A stretch of 63,244 bases of DNA, filler included, from Reticulomyxa filosa (taxonomy: Eukaryota > Protista > Foraminifera): NCBI GenBank assembly GCA_000512085.1. It is 20 parts of 20 records of this genome, joined end to end, with 100 filler letters (N's around TTAATTAATTAA, not from the genome) between each part and the next. Parts side by side here need not be neighbours in the genome. Positions count along the whole stretch, not along the records: positions 61,315 to 63,244 come from ASPP01027942.1; 19 more parts are not named here. One strand, written 5' to 3'. Of the stretch, positions 61,426 through 63,244 are shown piece by piece; position 1 is the stretch's first letter, and each line of letters begins with the position of its first letter. A model generated the notes under the pieces. The model was not told the origin of the DNA and searched no databases. It saw only the letters and a list, made by a program, of their open reading frames with translations. The position numbers and the translations under genes are program-made.

Positions 61426-63075
61426 GCATGTGGAATTCCTTGCTCATCTCTGACTTGGGCCACAGTGATATTTTCTCGAGGTTGTGCAACAGTTTCTTCT
61501 TCGTTTCGTAGATCAACTTCGACCTTTACAGGAGAGTTCTGTACGTGATCGCTGGGACGATGGCCATTTCCAGTGTGGACAATAGGAATGATGTCCTCGT
61601 TTTGTTGCGGTTGCTTTTTCGGAGTCGTTTTCTGCACTTGGCTGTCCTTCTTTTCATTCGCTTTGCCTTTCTTTTTTTTGCCTTTGCTTTTACTTTTCAA
61701 AGGACAGTTTTTGCTTATCACTTTTGTTTTGATTTTTCCCTTGCCTTTGCTTTTGTTTTTACTTTTACTTTTGTCTCTTACTTTTTTTTTTGCTGCTACT
61801 TTTTTTTATGTTTACTCTTGTGCTTATGTTTGTGATTGTGGTTGTGCTTATTTTTTTTGGATTTCATCTTTTCGGTGTGCCTTTGTTCCGGGATTTTGTT
61901 GGCGTTTTTTTGTCCGACGTCGCAGCGTCACCGCTGTCGCTGTTGTCCGAGGACGTGGTAGAGTCGCCCGTTTGTCCACGTCTGGCTTGACTCGAATAAG
62001 ACACATCATTATGGCGAGGAGTGGTCTGCGAGCCCATGATATTCGCTTGCAGCTCCCTCACACAGTGATTGATGTCATTTTGGGTATTCACGTCAATTGC
62101 CGTTGCGTCGCTGGTGGGGAGGATAAAGGGGAGGACAGGTGGAAGGATTAATGGCAAATTCGATTCTTTGATTAACACCACCAAAAAAAAAAAATAAATA
62201 AATAAAAAAACAACGTATCTCATGTGTAAGCACTTCTTTTTCAGAGGAATCAATCATTCCATGAATGAACAAATAAACAAATAGTCAAATAATTCAAATA
62301 AATAAATGAATGAAGCAATCGAATGAAAAAAAAAAAAAAAACCAAACTGTCGGCAGTACCTTCCTCCTCTTTGTTCTGCGTTTGTGGAACAGTGGTATCG
62401 GAGCTACTATCGGATGACGAACAAGTATCGCTGCTAGTGCTTTCCGTTTCAACGCTATCACTGTCACTGCTGACTATCATTTGAACGGGTATTTCCTCTT
62501 CAAACTTTTCTTTGTACATTTTTTCTCTGAGTATATCCCATCGTCATCATGCAAGACAAAACAAGATCAACTTATATACACATATATGTATTATGTATTA
62601 TGTATTATGTATGTGCAGGAGATGATATGAACTTAATTTTGAGAGCTAAGATAACATTGCCATTACTCAAAACGTGAGTCAAATTGGCGTGACAAAGATG
62701 GAAGCTTTGAATGTCTTTGGTCGAATCCAATTGGAAATGAACGAAAAACAAAACATTAGGCTCCGTGATGAGTGGAAGGATTTCATCGAATTTCAAAAGG
62801 GTATGCCACGACCCACAATTTTTGTAATACAAGTTCAGTCGTCGTTCCAACGTGTGACTGTCGGTTAACAAGTACTGTTTTTCCAATTCGCTCAAATAAG
62901 TGGAAATGCCTCGGTTCTCACCAAACTCGCCTTCTCTCTCCATCTCTTTTCGGTCGACCCCAAATCGAACACAGCAAAAGCAGTTGGGAGACGCTTGTTC
63001 CGTCTCATTTGACTTTTCGCCCATAACCTCACTCTTTATCCAATGCAATGCCTCGTCTATTGTATTCAGGCTCGT
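61315..63075 (-). CDS. Multi-exon low-complexity hypothetical protein (partial)
   Basis: Ser/Asp- and Lys-rich exon-like frames separated by poly-T-rich introns. No recognisable domain. Confidence 0.45.
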
Positions 63076-63205
63076 TTCATATTTGCCAAGTGATATTTGC
63101 TTTTCTTTCTTTTTATTTTATTTTATTTTATTTTTTTTTAAAAATCAAAAAAGTTTATATTGGCATAATAATAACAATAACAATAAAAATCAAGTTTTGA
63201 AATCC

Positions 63206-63207
<2 letters not shown>

Positions 63208-63244
<37 letters not shown>
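63208..63244. repeat. (TA)n microsatellite at window end
   Basis: Direct observation. Confidence 0.9.

Noticed and set aside
1-63244. rRNA, tRNA or telomeric repeat arrays
   Set aside because: None recognised by eye; a tRNAscan-SE and Infernal run would be needed to exclude them formally.

Overview
This is not one chromosomal locus. It is a concatenation of 20 short, unlinked contigs joined by an artificial 100-nt spacer (N44-TTAATTAATTAA-N44), so gene neighbourhoods only mean something within a contig. Eighteen contigs are AT-rich and eukaryotic, with GT-AG introns and long poly(A)/poly(T) runs. Their expanded WD40, TPR, NACHT, ADP-ribosyltransferase-like and PPR families suggest a rhizarian protist, most likely the foraminiferan Reticulomyxa filosa (inference from family motifs, not a database hit). 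Two GC-rich contigs are bacterial: betaproteobacterial rpoA-rplQ, and an acyl-CoA synthetase. Recognisable eukaryotic genes include a delta-12-type desaturase, a divergent Rab-like GTPase, a phospholipase D, RPL34, IFT52, cactin, TMEM144, a C2H2 zinc finger, a nocturnin-like EEP enzyme, a zf-4CXXC_R1 protein, a CAP-Gly protein and a DHDPS-family aldolase. There is also a Tc1/mariner deletion derivative, a LINE fragment, several pseudogenes and tandem arrays. The most interesting observations are an RNF213/mysterin-like giant AAA+ protein, an ART-fold protein with an altered catalytic triad, a DyP-peroxidase-like domain fused to a C4 zinc ribbon, a Rab-like probable pseudo-GTPase, a GC-rich twin-hairpin island with AAA/TTT loops, and -1 frame breaks at the same G_GAA_AAG heptamer in two housekeeping genes. 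No multi-gene novel system can be established from this window because the contigs are unlinked.
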